Assembly (NCBI RefSeq): GCF_009914755.1
Contig: NC_060944.1
Direction: 5' to 3' (one strand)
Source of the DNA: the human T2T-CHM13v2.0 reference genome, Homo sapiens
DNA length: 64,000 bases
The position numbers were made by a program, and so were the translations under genes. The notes under the pieces are model-generated. The model saw nothing but the letters and a program-made list of their open reading frames with translations. It was not told the origin of the DNA and did not search any database. Shown piece by piece: positions 1 to 15,744 of the stretch (the stretch's first letter is position 1; each line of letters opens with the position of its first letter).

Positions 1-77
1 CAGTGAGCTGAGATCACACCACTGCACTCCAGCCTGGACGACAGAGCGAGACTCCATCTCAAAAAAAAAAAAAAAAA
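1..77 (+). mobile_element. Alu, 3' end of right arm plus poly(A), cut by window edge
   Basis: CAGTGAGCTGAGATCACACCACTGCACTCCAGCCTGG...GAGACTCCATCTC followed by A17. Confidence 0.97.
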
Positions 78-126
78 TCCAATCTGATAGTTGTTAATTT
101 TTAATTGGTATATTTAGACCATTTAC

Positions 127-430
<304 letters not shown>

Positions 431-739
431 GACCATTTACATTTAACATAAATATTGATATTGCTGGGTTTGAACATACATCTTGTTTGTTTTATATTGT
501 TGGCTTATTAATTATAAGTCCTTTATAGTGGTTGCTTATAGTGTGCACATTTAACTTATCCCAGTCTACTGTTCAAAAATAACATTGTAGTTTATGTATG
601 TAACAAGCTCTTAAAATAGTATATTTTCATTTTTCTCCTTTGGCTATGTGTTATTTTTGTCACACTATTATCTTTACATAAATTGTAGACCCTACAATAC
701 ATTGTTATAAATTTTGCTTTAAATAATCAGTTATCTTTT
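431..739 (-). mobile_element. Old L1M fragment (continues after 1890)
   Basis: T-rich antisense L1-like sequence (GACCATTTACATTTAA...); boundaries approximate. Confidence 0.6.
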
Positions 740-1889
740 TCCCTTTCATTTTTAGTTGATACATAATAATTGTACATATTTATGGGACACAGAGTGATAT
801 TTTCATAGATGCATACAATGTGTAGTGATCAAATCAGAGTAATTAGGATTACAAACATTTATTTTTTTTGTGCTGGGAACATTTGAAATTCTCTCTTCTA
901 GATTTATAATATATACAATAAGTTATTGTCAACTATTTTTCTCCACAGTGCCATAGAACACTAGAACTTATTCTTTTCTAGCTGTAATTTTATATCTATT
1001 AATAAAACTCTGTCTTCTCCTCCCTGCTACATTTCCCAGCCTCTAGTAACCATAATTCTACTCTTTCCTTCTACTTCTGTGAGCTTTTTTGTTGTTGTTT
1101 CCACATGTGAGTAAGAACATGTGTTACCTTTCTGTGCCTGAGTTATTTCACTTAACATAATGGCCTTCAGGTTCATCCACGTTGCCATGGATTTTTCATT
1201 TTTTATTGATAAATAGTATTTTATTATACTTGTGTGTGTGTGTCTGTGTGTATGTATCAATCACATTTGCTTTATCCACTTATCTGTGGATGGACATTTA
1301 GATGAATTACGTATCTTAGCTATTGTGAATAGTGCTTCAATAAACATAGGTGTGCAGGTATCTCTTTGATATATTGATTTACTTTCTTTTGAATGAATAC
1401 CTATTAATGGGATTTCTGGATTATATGGTAGTTCTATTTTTAGTTTTTTGAGAGATGTCCATACTGTTTTCTATAATGGCCATACTAATTTACATCCCAC
1501 CAACAGTGTGTAGGAGTTCTCCTTTCTCCACATCCTTGCCAGCATTTTTTTTTTTTTTTTTGGTCTTTTTGATAATATCCATTCTAACTGGGGCGAGATG
1601 ATATCTCATGTAGTTTTAATTTGCATTTCCCTGATGATTAGTGATGTGGAGCATCACTAAAACAAGTTTGATGTTTAAACTTGTTGGGCATTTGTATGTC
1701 TTCTTTTGGAAAATGTTTACTTAGATTCTTTGCCCATTTACAAATGGGATTATTTTTTATTTGCTATCAAATTGTTGGAGCTCCTTATATATTCTGGATA
1801 TTAGTTCCTTCTTGGATGAATAGCTTGCAAATATTTTCTTCCGTCCTACAGGTTATCTCTTTACTATGTTGATTGTTTCTTTTGTTGTT
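740..1889 (-). mobile_element. L1MA-type 3' end (3'UTR plus ORF2 C-terminus), 5'-truncated
   Basis: ATAATTGTACATATTTATGGG 3'-end motif; ORF 1027-1260 gives WMNLKAIMLSEITQAQK (ORF2 C-terminus-like); degraded TSD AATA(A/G)TCA(G/A)TTATCTTTT at 722-739 and 1890-1907. Confidence 0.9.
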
Positions 1890-3990
<2,101 letters not shown>

Positions 3991-4356
3991 TTACCATATT
4001 TATACTCTACTGTGAGTCATAATGATCTATATTAATAATATCCATTAGTACTTATGATGTTAATGGTAAATGTTCTTTGGTGTGGTAATGCCATATGATT
4101 TGCTATAGACTATCATCATTACAGAGATGCAGGCTGTATCCACATCGGTCTATACAGACTTCAACCGACTTGGTTGAAGTGGCTGGTCAATTTAAACTCT
4201 TGCCTAATTCTATCAAAAACTAATTTTCGTGTTCTTCAAATCAATTAATCATTCCATAAATTAACTAAATTGAGCAGATTTCTGAGTATACGTGTAGTCT
4301 AGTTATATTATTTATGCCAAGGGATAGTTCTGGAAACTGCATATTTCCATTCCAGT

Positions 4357-4543
4357 AGGTTGATTCCATGTGTTTGCTATTGTGAATAGTGCTGTGGCAA
4401 ACATAGGTATGCATGTGTCTTTATAATAGAATGATTTATATTCCTTTGGGTATATACCCAATAATGGGATTGCTGAGTCAACTGGTATTTCTGTCTTTAA
4501 GTCTTTGAAGAATCTCCACCCTGTCTTCCACAATGACTGAACT
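4357..4543 (-). mobile_element. L1PA ORF2 internal fragment
   Basis: ORF 4312-4533 [40 protein letters not shown] matches L1 ORF2p C-terminal region. Confidence 0.93.
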
Positions 4544-5641
4544 GAAAGAGCAAATTTTAATTGTTACTGTATGCTTTCTTTACTGCCTGAAATTTTTGTT
4601 TGTGTATTTTACATAAATAAATAAATAGAATCACACAGATATTGTATTTTTTTCCATTAATCCAAATATGAATCTAAATAAGTCACACTTATTTCTTCTT
4701 GGGTGTTAATTGCCTTTTTTGACAACCATTCATCCAATCAGTGTGTTTATTCTGAATTGACTCAATTCAAGTAAAACACTCAGCATGTGATTTCCTTTTT
4801 CTTTGTAAGTCCCCTGTCAACACTGATGGATGTCATTGTGAAAAGGCATCTCATGGTGGTTTTGTTGGTTCACAGATCTGTCTGTTTTTTTTTCCCCAAT
4901 ACAAATTTGAGTCTGCCATCATATACTTTAGTTTCATCTTTGTTGTAATCTAGATTATAATTGTTTTATTTCATATTTATTTCCCCTTCTGCTAGACTAT
5001 CATACTGATCTTGTATGGGAGAGGGTGTGTCAGTACTGTTGCTTCCTGCTTTAGATCCACAAATTGAAGTGCCATCCACCAGCTGTTACATTCTCTGAAC
5101 AGGCAGCTTGCCAACAAACCAGAGATTTTCTGATATACTGCAGGCTTTGTCAATTATTTTAATATACTTAGATATAGAAATATTTTCATGGTACAGAGTA
5201 TGTATTAGCTGTTTTCCTTGCATCAATAAACAGCTATTATAGTTCAATTATAAGTGTATGTGTATGTGTATGTGCATGGGTATATATGTCTCATGCTCAG
5301 TGTCTTCTGGCTTTAATTTGTTGCCTGGAATTAAAAATTATGAACTCTGAGGAGCAGTGGCTTTTTTGTGTTAGTGTTGTTTTCTAAAACACTTAAGTTC
5401 TGGTTGTAGTTTATGCAATTTTTAGTTGCTTTGAAAATATGACACAGAAAGTGTTCTGGAATAAAATGTACCCAAGAGAATTGTATTTATCCCATTCATT
5501 TGCTGCTCATCCTTAATTCTTGCCTTTTCATGATCTTTATAAACACATTGCTCTAAATATTCTAGCTTGGGTTTTCTTAGATTAAGCATTTTATGCCAGT
5601 GGTGGTAAAACTGAAAAGGAAGGTTCACATCATAGGGGAAA

Positions 5642-5705
5642 TGTATGTGTGTACGTATGTATGTCTGTGTCTGTGTGTGTGTGAGTGTGTTTGTGTATGT
5701 CTGTG
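5642..5705. repeat. Degenerate (TG)n microsatellite
   Basis: Interrupted TG/TGTA/TGTC runs. Confidence 0.85.
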
Positions 5706-6939
5706 GGGTTTTGCTACAAAGGTTAAATCCCAGAAATGTTATGATAGTTTATAGAAAATGTGTCTCAGTTACAGCTGAGTTAAATAAGAACCCTGAGGTA
5801 ATGCTCTAAGAAAAATGAACACTTGATGCCCTTTTCTTTAGTGTCCCCTTAGAGTTGCCTAATAGGATCTTAGTGAACTAACAATCATAAACAGACCAAT
5901 AGAAAGAAACCTTCTTCCTTAGAGGAAAAACAGTTTCAGAGTCTTGGGGTATTCAGTTTGCTCATGTTGTTAGAATAGTTTCTTTTGCCAAACACTGAAC
6001 ATTGGGGCTGTGTTTTCTTGTTCAAGAAGGAGGAAGAGGCTATATGCTAATGACAGAAGGCAGCTACTTGCATGGGTAATAGACTCAAAGGAATGTAAAT
6101 GGCTTTCATAAGGCAAAATATCTCGTGTATAAACACTTCAAAATCTAGAACTCATATTTCATTAACAAAGATATTATTTCCTTGTCTTATTTAAAACTCA
6201 CAAGATATTTTAAAAATTATGTTTGATATTGGGATATTAAAGAAATTCTTTTATTTTGGAATTTTCTCAAGATGAGACAAATGTAGAATTATGCATTTGT
6301 TTAAATACCAATGGAAATAAAAAAATCACTTCTAAGGGGTCCATAAACAATGCTTATTGACTTACTGGCTCATTGTACCCCCAAACACTGACATTGCCAT
6401 GTCACTGGATGATTTTTCATTAATTAAGGAAAAAGCCAAGTACTTTATTTACAAAAAATTGTTAATTTTGACATTACCTTAATGTCTTTTTACAGATGTA
6501 AGGCATTTTACACATCCCCCTGCCCTCAATTATTTGGTTGGCTTTATTTTAAATAAAAATCAAGGGATGGTATTTTTTTTAAAAAGCCCAAAGTATATAA
6601 ATGTGAAACTCTTCAGTAAATGATCAGAACTTAATATCCAGTTTGCTATTGAAACATTACAAATCACTAACTATAAAGGTTGAAATAGAATTGCAGCATC
6701 AGAAATAATATTTTAGCTTTAGAAATACAAACCAGAAATACAAAGCAGAAATTTTGTTGCCTGTAAAATCAGTACTACATCCTTTTATGGAATAGAAGAT
6801 TTCTTTTTCACAGAGTATTCTCTGGAGCCAAATACCTGGGTTGTCAAAAATGCTGCAAAATGAGAATTTAGTTTACAGTAGTTGCAATTGGGCAGTGTAC
6901 CCTAATTGACTTGGAACTAGAAATCTATTAAAAGGAAGC

Positions 6940-8360
6940 CTATTAACCAGATCTCAAAAATTCCTGTAGATAAAGCTCTAGCAAATATGAGCTTACAATC
7001 AAAATTCATAAAACATGCAAGAGCCCAAGATACCCTAAATAATATAACTATTGGAAAAATCAGATATAGAATAAAAATTTATATGTTTAATATGATAAAA
7101 AATAATTAGGGGAGTTGAAAATAAAAGTAAGTAAATTAGAATAACCAGTTAAATTGGACAAACATAAACAGAACTATAATAAATTGAAAGTATAATAATT
7201 GAAACTGTAGATCAGACCGTGGAATGAAAACATGAGTGAATTAGGGAAATATAGATGTGAGGAAATTCCCAATAAGGCAGAAGAGAAAGATAGAGACACA
7301 ACACATGAAAGAGAGATTAAGGTACATTAAATATAGATTTAGAATATATATCTAGTCAGAGTTCCAGAATGAGATAATAAGAGAATAGGGTAGAGGTAGT
7401 ATTTGAAAACATAAAGGCTAAGAATTTTCCAGATATGATTAAGGAAGCACATGTATACAAAGCAAGAGAAGTCAAGAGAAATCTAATGGGGCAGGTGCGG
7501 TTGCTCATGGCTGTAATCCCAGCACTTTGGAAGGCTGAGGTTGGCAGATCACTTGAGTCCAGAAGTTCGGGACCAGCTTGGGTGACATGGGGAAACCCCA
7601 TCTGTACAACAAATACCAAAAGTAGCTGGGCATGCTGACACGGGTGCCTGTAGTCCCAGCTACCCAGGAGGCGGAGGTTGCAGTGAACAGAGATCATGTC
7701 ATTGCACTCCAGCCGGGGTGACAAAGTGAGACCCCCATCTCCAAAAAAAAAAATAATAATATATTGAAACCCTGAAAAACCTTAGTGGAACTGCACATCA
7801 CCAAAGGCAGAGAAGATTTCTAAAATAGCTAGAGAAGAAAGACATGACCTAACAATAATGAGACTGACAGCTGGCTTCACAATAGAACAGAAACCAGTGT
7901 GACAGCTATCTTTAAAGTTAATATTATTTTAGGAAGAAAAAGCAGAGCAGAGAAGCACAAAATGCAACACTAGAAATGAATCCAAATACAGTATCTATCA
8001 GTAATTACAATAAATTTATATGGACTGAAGTCACTAATTAAAGAAAAAAGATTGTTAGAATAAAGGCATATTTAAAACGTACAGAATATTTAAAGTTGAA
8101 AAAAGAAAAAAAATATATATTCCAGGCAATTATCAACTGAAGAAAGGTAAGATAGCTATGATTGTGTCATAAAAAATAAAATTTAAAGTAAGCATATTAC
8201 TAGAGTTAAATAATTCTAAACTTACATGTATCTAATATGAAGTTCAAATATAGAAAAGCAAAAATTCACAAATCCAAGACCATGTTGAGACTTTTGAAGA
8301 CTCTGTAACAGTAATTTATGTACTAAGCTAAAAATAATTTTAGTAAGAAGATTTGAAGGA
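6940..8360 (+). mobile_element. Old L1ME/L1M fragment, sense orientation
   Basis: A-rich L1 ORF1/ORF2-5'-like text (GAGTTCCAGAA, AGAATTTTCCAG, AGACTGACAGCTGGCTTC); approximate limits. Confidence 0.7.
7489..7760 (+). mobile_element. AluJ-like with about 31-nt right-arm deletion
   Basis: GATCACTTGAGTCCAG (J-type); CCCAGCTAC joins directly to CCAGGAGGCGGAGG. Confidence 0.93.
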
Positions 8361-9719
8361 AAACTTGAGTGATCGGTTAGCATTTAAAGCAACTTGACAA
8401 TACTACAGAGGTGGTTATTTAGTAGGAAGACTTAACCAAAAGCCCCTTTTCGGCTGCTGTGAGACTTTAAATATGTTTATGTCTGACTATTATGGAAGGG
8501 TTTGTTAATGGAAATTAGGAATAATTTTCTTCTTTAGTGAAATAAGTTCAAAATATGTGTGTTGGTTAGAAATATCCTATAGGCATCTCCAGTCTGAAAC
8601 AAAGAGGATTTAAGAATCTACGGGAGTCCAGTAGGCTATTGGAGGACTTTGTCCTACTCTGTGCTCAGCCATGTTCAGGTACTCTGTCACTTGAACTCAT
8701 TAGAAGATTAGCTAAATACTGCTGCTAGAATGGAGTCGTATCTGCTTAGATTATTTTATGTAAGATTCTTGTCAGAATATCTAAATGTGCAGAAAGCTGG
8801 GACTTCATTGGTCTTTCATCATGGCCTATGTGACTGGTTTTTTGCTTGCTTACAAATTCATATTTGTACCTATGGTTAAATTCAGTCTCAGATCTTGTAT
8901 TTCTATCATACCATGCATAATTATAGTTTTATTGGAGTGGAGATCTAAGTATGAGCTCTAAATATTTTGTGCAAAAAAGTAATAATTGTGAAGAATCTAT
9001 TACATATAGGTAGTTTACAGCACTATGGTTTCAATTCATTGACTAGAGGTCAGAATCCAAAATAACTTGAGCCATTACTGTGGAATTTTATTTTCTGATT
9101 TTATCTAATAAAAAAAGAGACTTTTGTCAAAACAACAGTAACTTGAATTATTCCTGTGGATCATAACTGGACAATTTGGACTGATGGAAAATGAGAATAT
9201 TTATTAAAAATGTCAAAATAGGACAAGATCTTAGAGGATACTTTCTTTTATATAATCATGAGGACCTGTTTGACAAAAATTTGCTCCTCTCTGACCTATC
9301 TTATGGGAAGTACTCCAACAATGGATAAGATGTACTTATTCTTCATCAAAGTAACCTTTTATTTGCATAAAATAGCAGTAAATAGGATAGCAGTAAAAGT
9401 TCTGTAGGTTTCTTTTTGAAGTATGCACTACTTAAAATTATTTAAATATCACCTTTTACCTATGGAAAAGGCAAATATGTATTTCCTTTTACATATGGAA
9501 AAGGTCCTGGCTTAGACGTGTTCTGATTTTATATTCTTGTAAGTCAAGATGGAGAGTTGGGTAGAGAATAAGGGAACCTGGTACAAAGAATGATGTGTGA
9601 AAGAAGATTTTTAGAACTAGAACAGTGCTAGATTGTATCAATATTGTAAGCTATTTATATACAGAAACTGTTTGAGACAGCTATTTACTCTCCTTCTTTT
9701 GAACTTCTGCAACTTTTCC

Positions 9720-9890
9720 CCCTTAGCATTGTGTGGTTAGCTATCTTGCCCTTATCTTTTCAACTAAACAGATGTTACATTCCTCAAGGATAGGAAGACA
9801 TTGTCTTTGGCTTTCTTATGTGCCCATCCTTGCCAGCCCATTACTTTGCAGATAGTAAATACCTAGTAAATATTTGTTAAGTGACTAATT
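9720..9890 (+). mobile_element. L2 3'-end fragment
   Basis: TAGTAAATATTTGTTAAGTGA resembles the L2 terminus. Confidence 0.5.
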
Positions 9891-11109
9891 CCCTGAAACT
9901 CACCATCTTTGTCATGTCTCAGTAAGTCATTCTGTAAATACTTCAGCATATCACATATTAATCATTGACATTTCAGAAGCAAAGAGAGAGTTCTGATGAT
10001 CCCAAAATTAAGTTTCATTTCTTTGTAGGAAGGGCTCAGCCTTCTTCAATTTTGTGTCCCCTAACACCTTACAAAGAGCCTTTCTTGGAATGGGCTTTTA
10101 ATATGAAGCTGTTGATTGCAAATGTGGGTTCTGTTATCATGAGAAACTGTATTGCATCCTTGCAGATAGTTTTATAGTCCTAATGGTCTACAGGCCTTTT
10201 TTAGCCACCATATTTTTAAACAATCCTTTTATTCAGATCTAGTGATATTACTCTAGTGGCAATGAAAAAAAAAAACATGGTAAGAAAGTATAGCCCTGTT
10301 TCTACTGGATGTAGATTTAATTTTCATTTAAAGTCTTTCTTACCCTGCTCTATTTTCTCTATTTTTGTTTTCTCTTGGGGTTTCATCTGTTCATCTGTGG
10401 GTCTGTATTTATTTATTTGGCAGGTATAATCTTTCCTTTCCTCTCCCTCCCCCTGGCATCTCCTTGGAAGCTGCTCTTACTTTGTGTCACCCTAAAGCTG
10501 ATGGTGACTCTGTTTTCTGGCTTCAAAAGCAGTTTTATGCACTTTTTTCTCTCTCTCTCTCCCACTCTCTATCTTTTTTGAAATGAGCTGTCTTTGATTA
10601 TAGTTTGACAGTGTGGTCTGACTGCTAACATTGATTCCCAGCAGTGAACAACTTTGTCATATTGTTCAACATTAGGTTTCGATGTGTCATTTAATAGACT
10701 AAAAAGCCATTCCCAGTAAAATCGAATTCCTGTGGGAATCATTGTTAAGGACGCTCTCAAAATGAAGTAAATATGTAATGCTTTAGAAATTTCACTGGAA
10801 AGGCATCAGGTGACTACATTTACTGAAACTACCAATGTCTTAGCTGGATTTTATATTCTGGAAATGCAATTTACAACTTGCTTGCCTTTATTTAGGCAAA
10901 ATGTGATTCACAATAATTAAGCTTTATGAGCTTCTTCACTTAGGCAGGTCAAATAATATTTTTATTTTGTTTTTAACTGTAAGAAAATACTTGCTCTTTC
11001 TTCACATTTCTATATGTGAACCTAACTAAATTCAGGTCTGGGCCCAGAAGTGCCTGTCCCATTTCAGGCTAGACATGCAGTATCACTAAAAACTAATATT
11101 TAACTGTAT

Positions 11110-11340
11110 GCTATAGTGGTGGAAAGAGCAGGCCCTGAAACCAGACTGTATGGGTTCAAATGCCACCTTTGGCATTTACTGACTTTGTGACTTTTAGTGT
11201 TATGTAACTTATCTGTGCCTTAGTATTGTATCTATAAAATGGGGATAGTGCCTCCTTTATAGGATTGTTGGATAAGAGTTAATACACTTGTAAAATCTGT
11301 GCACACTTAGTGTGCATGAATCATATTAAGATTTCAGTAT
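11110..11340 (+). mobile_element. MIR
   Basis: TAGTGGTGGAAAGAGCA...GGGTTCAAAT...CTGTGCCTTAGT...CTATAAAATGGGGATA core. Confidence 0.85.
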
Positions 11341-12479
11341 TATTTGTCATGCTTATTATGCTGTTTTGTTTTTTTGTAGTTGACAATGTCCAATATTTAT
11401 TTAGAGATATTCCTCTGTCTTATATCTGAGAAGGATGCAGAAGTAGAACCAAAGGCTATCCTCTTCATTGACCCAGCAGTTTGTTTCTCACACCAACTTT
11501 GCATAACACTCGCTAACAGAATGAAAGCACTTCAGTAGACCACACCAACTTTCCTTGGGTGGCAGTGTGGAGGCCCCTTGTGATTACTTAAGTATGCTCC
11601 CGAGAGTCTGATTTCCCTTTGCCATCAATTCCTTTTTGAGATAAGACTAGAAATGTTTTCCACATGTCTTTAAATTTTCAGCGAACATGTTTTTCTTACC
11701 TGGATAGGCCATATTATTACTGAGGTTCAACTGCCAGGATCTCAGTCCCTGCTTCAGAGGAGTATAAACATGGGTGGACCCAAAGAGAAGCCAAGTGGGT
11801 AGCGCCCACTAAGCATTTGGGCATCTATATTGGTTCATTAGCCATAGAGATGGCATTTAGATAACTATTAGTTGAATAACATCTTACTCTTTGTGTGGAA
11901 TCGTTTTATAGGCACTGGCTATTTCAGATCAAGTAAAGTTTACCTCTAGAGAGAAGCTTGGTTGATTCCAGAGAAGAAGTCTTTATTTGCCTCAGATTCT
12001 TACCCTGGCAATGAACTATTTTTAGGGCTGTTTGTAGTATGTGCCTTAGACCTAGGCCTTGAGTCAGTCAAAGTAACCCTGTCTATCACTTCTGTGTCTT
12101 GGCTAAACTACTACATATAGAGCCTTCACTCCTGCTGCAACTCTTGCCCATGTCAAGCACATCTAGAGCTTAGTCCTGCTGGTACCTGACATGAATTTTG
12201 AACCTGTTTTTGTCTCCTGTTTTGTCTTACTTTGCCGTGGGCTGTCTTTGCCTGGGCTTGCTCTACGCTCTTCTTCTAAGGTCTGTTTTGGCTTTTTTTT
12301 TTTTTTTTTTCCAAACGTATCCCCTAGTGCCATGCCAGGTAAGTGATAGGTCCTCAGTAAATGTTTATAGAACAGAAATGCTGGATCCCCCTGCAATGGA
12401 AGCTTGTCTAATTTGCTGTGACCTTGCATTCAGCTTTGACTTCTGTGATGGTATCCCTACAACTGTACTTCTCAATGCT

Positions 12480-12735
12480 CAGTAAGCTCTTACTAAGTGC
12501 CAGGCACTGTGTATATCACTTTGTATTCAGAATATCATTTTATCCTCTCATGAAACCCTATGTTATTGGTATTTTATTATTATTATTATTATTATTCCCT
12601 TTGTACAGGTGAGGCAACCGAGACCCAGAGAGATTAAGTAACTCACCCAGAGTCATCCAGGCCAAGTAACCATCGATGATGGGATTGAAATCCATGTCTA
12701 TCTGAATGCAGAGACAGATCATAACCTCTACTGGG
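12480..12735 (-). mobile_element. MIR containing a (TTA)n tract
   Basis: GTGCCAGGCACTGTG...ACAGGTGAGGCAACCGAGACCCAGAGAGATTAAGTAACT; (TTA)n at about 12575-12596. Confidence 0.88.
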
Positions 12736-13271
12736 TTGCCTTGTATATCATACCATTTAGAAAATAGCATGACACTTTGAGTCAGCTGTCCCCTAGGCAG
12801 AGTTTATATTTCATCTGGTTGGGCCAAATCTCCACCTTATCCTAACCAGGTTTTGTGGGCTGCTTTAGCTGCACTTGCTCAGATGGCTATAAACGTGAGG
12901 CTTAGTGTCCTTAATCGCTGCTCGGGTTGGAGAGCGCATTGATACAAGAATGCTCAAAGACTAAGCCACTGTTTGTGGGATGGAAACTCCAACTGCTGAA
13001 CTGAATCAGATCTGCCAGCATCTTTAGAAGAAACATGAAAGTATAGCAGAGCTGTAGCTCTTCCCATATCTCCAAAGCATTCACCCGTCCTGTGTAGGTA
13101 GACATGAAAGTTTTCATTTGCAAGTACCTTCTACTCTTTCTTGAGGGCTTTCTCTGGCTCCTGAAGCCAACTCAGCTTGGAGGGAGAGAGGGAGTAGATC
13201 AGAAGTGTTGGGGAGTTGAAACCCAGGAGATGTCCATCAATGATTGGCAAGAGTTTGTAGATTAATACCCT

Positions 13272-13810
13272 AGCTTAGTTTCTATCAAACTGTAGCATGC
13301 TTAAGAATCTTGAAAAGTTGTTTAAAAATTAGTAGGTTGGAGGTGAGGCCCAGAGTTTGCATTTCTTTTTTTTTTTTTTTTGACTTTTATTTTAGATTCA
13401 GGGAGTACACGTGTAAGTCTATTACATGGGTAAATTGTGTGTCACTGGGGTTTGTTGTACAAATGATCCTGTCACCCAGGTAGTGAGCATAGTACCCTGC
13501 AGTTAGTTTTTAAATCCTCACTCCACTTCCACCCTCCCACTTCTAGTAGGCCCCAGTGTCTGTTCTTGTCTTTCTATGTGTACTCAATGTTTAGCTCCCA
13601 CTCATCAGTGACAACATGCAGTATTTAGTTTTCTGTTCCTGTGTTAATGCGTTTAGGATGATGGCCTTTAGCTGCAGCATGTCAACTGCATGTTGCTGCA
13701 GTGGACATGATTTCATTGTTTTTTTGTGGCTGTGTACTCAGAATTTGTACTTCTAATAAGCTTCCAAATGATGCTAACCTTCAAACCACATTTTGAGTAG
13801 CAAGGCCCTG
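13272..13810. mobile_element. MER5A-like hAT-Charlie relic split by an L1
   Basis: AGTAGGTTGGAGGTGAGGCCCAGAGTTTGCATTTCT ... AATAAGCTTCCAAATGATGCT...CCACATTTTGAGTAGCAAGG on either side of the L1. Confidence 0.75.
13367..13738 (-). mobile_element. Older L1PA (about PA13-16) 3' end, 5'-truncated
   Basis: T-tail, TTTTATTTTAGATTCAGGGAGTACA...GTCACCCAGGTAGTGAGCATAGTACCC; degraded 16-bp TSD CAGAGTTTGCATTTCT (13351-13366) and CAGAATTTGTACTTCT (13739-13754). Confidence 0.92.
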
Positions 13811-14909
13811 TTGCCTCCCATTTGGGATAAATATGCAGTATAGGGTATGCTGTAGGTTCCTTAGCAGGATTGAGCTCCAGTTGTTGATAAATGTAAACTG
13901 TTTAATAATAAACACTTTATTATCTCCTTTGGTTTTCTTTCTGACTTCCCTACTTTTCTATCAATGCTCTCTGGCATCAGCATTTACACAAACTGCTCAA
14001 CTACAAACACTCTCATGCTTGTCTCAGTGTCTTCTTCTGGTAGAGACCAACCTGAGCAGATGACCATACCAACTTCTAGAATGGAAAGCCCTACCCAGAC
14101 AGTGGGACTGTCTCCAGTCCTCCAGCCTCAGGATTTTGGCCGACTTGAGGTCACTCTCATGGATCCCTTCCAGAAAAGTATCACTGGGCATGAGGTAGTC
14201 CAGGTTGAGAGAGTGTATTGATCTTAAAGTGTTTGCTGATGACAGCATAGCTGGCATTCTTCCCTGGGGGAATTGCCAGGACCCTTATTTGAGAAAAAGG
14301 TACTGTGTTCTTTCTCTAGTGACCATAGGGCTTCTAAACTTGATATGAGCCAAGATTGCCCAGTATTCTGGGATAGATTTTTTTTCTTAAGGGTTAAAAA
14401 AAGAGAGATTCAAATCTTCAACTCTAAGAAATCTATCACACTTTTGAGGATCCATTAGGGATAAGGGTTAGGGAGTAGTTAGTCACCGGCATGCTTTCAC
14501 TCTGAATTCCTGCTCCCAGCTGAATTCCCTTAATGTTTTCTCTCTACCAGCTCCTAAAGTTTTCTCTGGTTCTCATTAACCCCGAATTTAAACATGGCTC
14601 CTCCTGCTTCACTTCCCACAGCATTACTCCCATAATGCTGTTGGGTATGTTAGACCCTTCCTGAAGGTCTGAGGTTAAAGGATGGAGGTTACCTAGAGAA
14701 CACTTAAAATTCAGTCTAAGATACTAAATACTATCACTGTGCTACTAAGAATTAGTATCACAGTCACTAAGTTTTGGCATCCATTTCTGTTGCCAAGCTT
14801 CCCATACTGGTGGCTGCTGCTCATATGAGCCCCAAGACCTGTTATATTTTCTCATCTTGTTTTATTTTTCTTCTCAGTTCAAGCTGCCCCCTACCAGCAC
14901 CTCCCTGTG

Positions 14910-15005
14910 TGTCTGCACAGGCTGTAGACTGTGCAACTATGGGGGGCACTATTTACCATAGACTGCGATGAAAATAGCATCCCCTAGAGTTTATGCAGCT
15001 TGATA
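14910..15005. mobile_element. MER91-like palindromic hAT-Tip100 relic
   Basis: Imperfect inverted arms TGTGCAACTATGGGGGGCACTATTT ... AAATAGCATCCCCTAGAGTTTATGCA. Confidence 0.6.
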
Positions 15006-15744
15006 GCTCTCTGTTCTCAACCCCAAAAGACTTAGACACCACTCTCTTAAAACCAGTGGAAGACGGAATTTTCTATTATTTTATTATACACAGCAATTAA
15101 ACATCATTTTCTTTCAATCTGTATTTTCTAGAAGTGCCCCAAGAATCCCACATCAGCATAACCAAAAGTGTCATTAATGTATTTTTTCCCCAAAACAAAA
15201 TAGCAGTTTTCTTTCTGTGAAGAATTCTGTCTTCCTTTTAAGCTCAAATTGCATCCAGCTTCTAAAATTGCAATTTCTCTGCCCGCACTTTCTGTTTAGC
15301 CCAGTGAAGGATGACACAGGTTCTATCTAGGCCTTAATCAAACAAATCACTGTGAGGACTTCTGTCTTAGCTGTGACCCTGGGCCCTTTGGGAATTCCCG
15401 TCCCCCCTAGGCCCTTCTGGAGCCAGCTTTTTATCTTGATATTTCTCTGCTTTCAACGCAGGCTTAGAAAACCTTTCAATTAAAGATGTCATGTTGGCCT
15501 TAATGGAAGCCGCTCTTCATACCTCTCATTCCCCCAAATAGGCTGTTTTCCATTGGCAGTGATTCATAGGAGCCACAGAAGAGTTTGAGATTTAAGTCAT
15601 TCTCAACCAGTTACAGACCCTAGGAGCAGTTACAGACGTTAGGTGACAGAGTTGAATTTCAGAATCCATAGCCTACACTCATGCTAGTAATGGTGAGAAG
15701 TGTAAACATAGGGATAAGAGACAAGGCAGTGATCTCAGAGGAAC

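Noticed and set aside
4158-4180. Small hairpin ACTTCAACC-gactt-GGTTGAAGT
   Set aside because: A single 9-10-bp stem is expected by chance in 64 kb; bacterial terminator logic does not apply.
5422-5628. 68-aa minus-strand ORF with protein-like composition
   Set aside because: No recognised homologue, splice context or poly(A)/TSD to suggest a retrocopy.
12330-12344. Strong donor CAG|GTAAGT
   Set aside because: Inside an L2-like fragment with no convincing upstream exon.
13964-14260. Overlapping ORFs on both strands and an FADD-like TTTGCTGATGAC
   Set aside because: No recognisable homology around the 4-residue motif; ORFs of this length are common by chance.
14910-15005. Palindrome as a novel RNA hairpin
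   Set aside because: Explained by a MER91-like palindromic DNA transposon.
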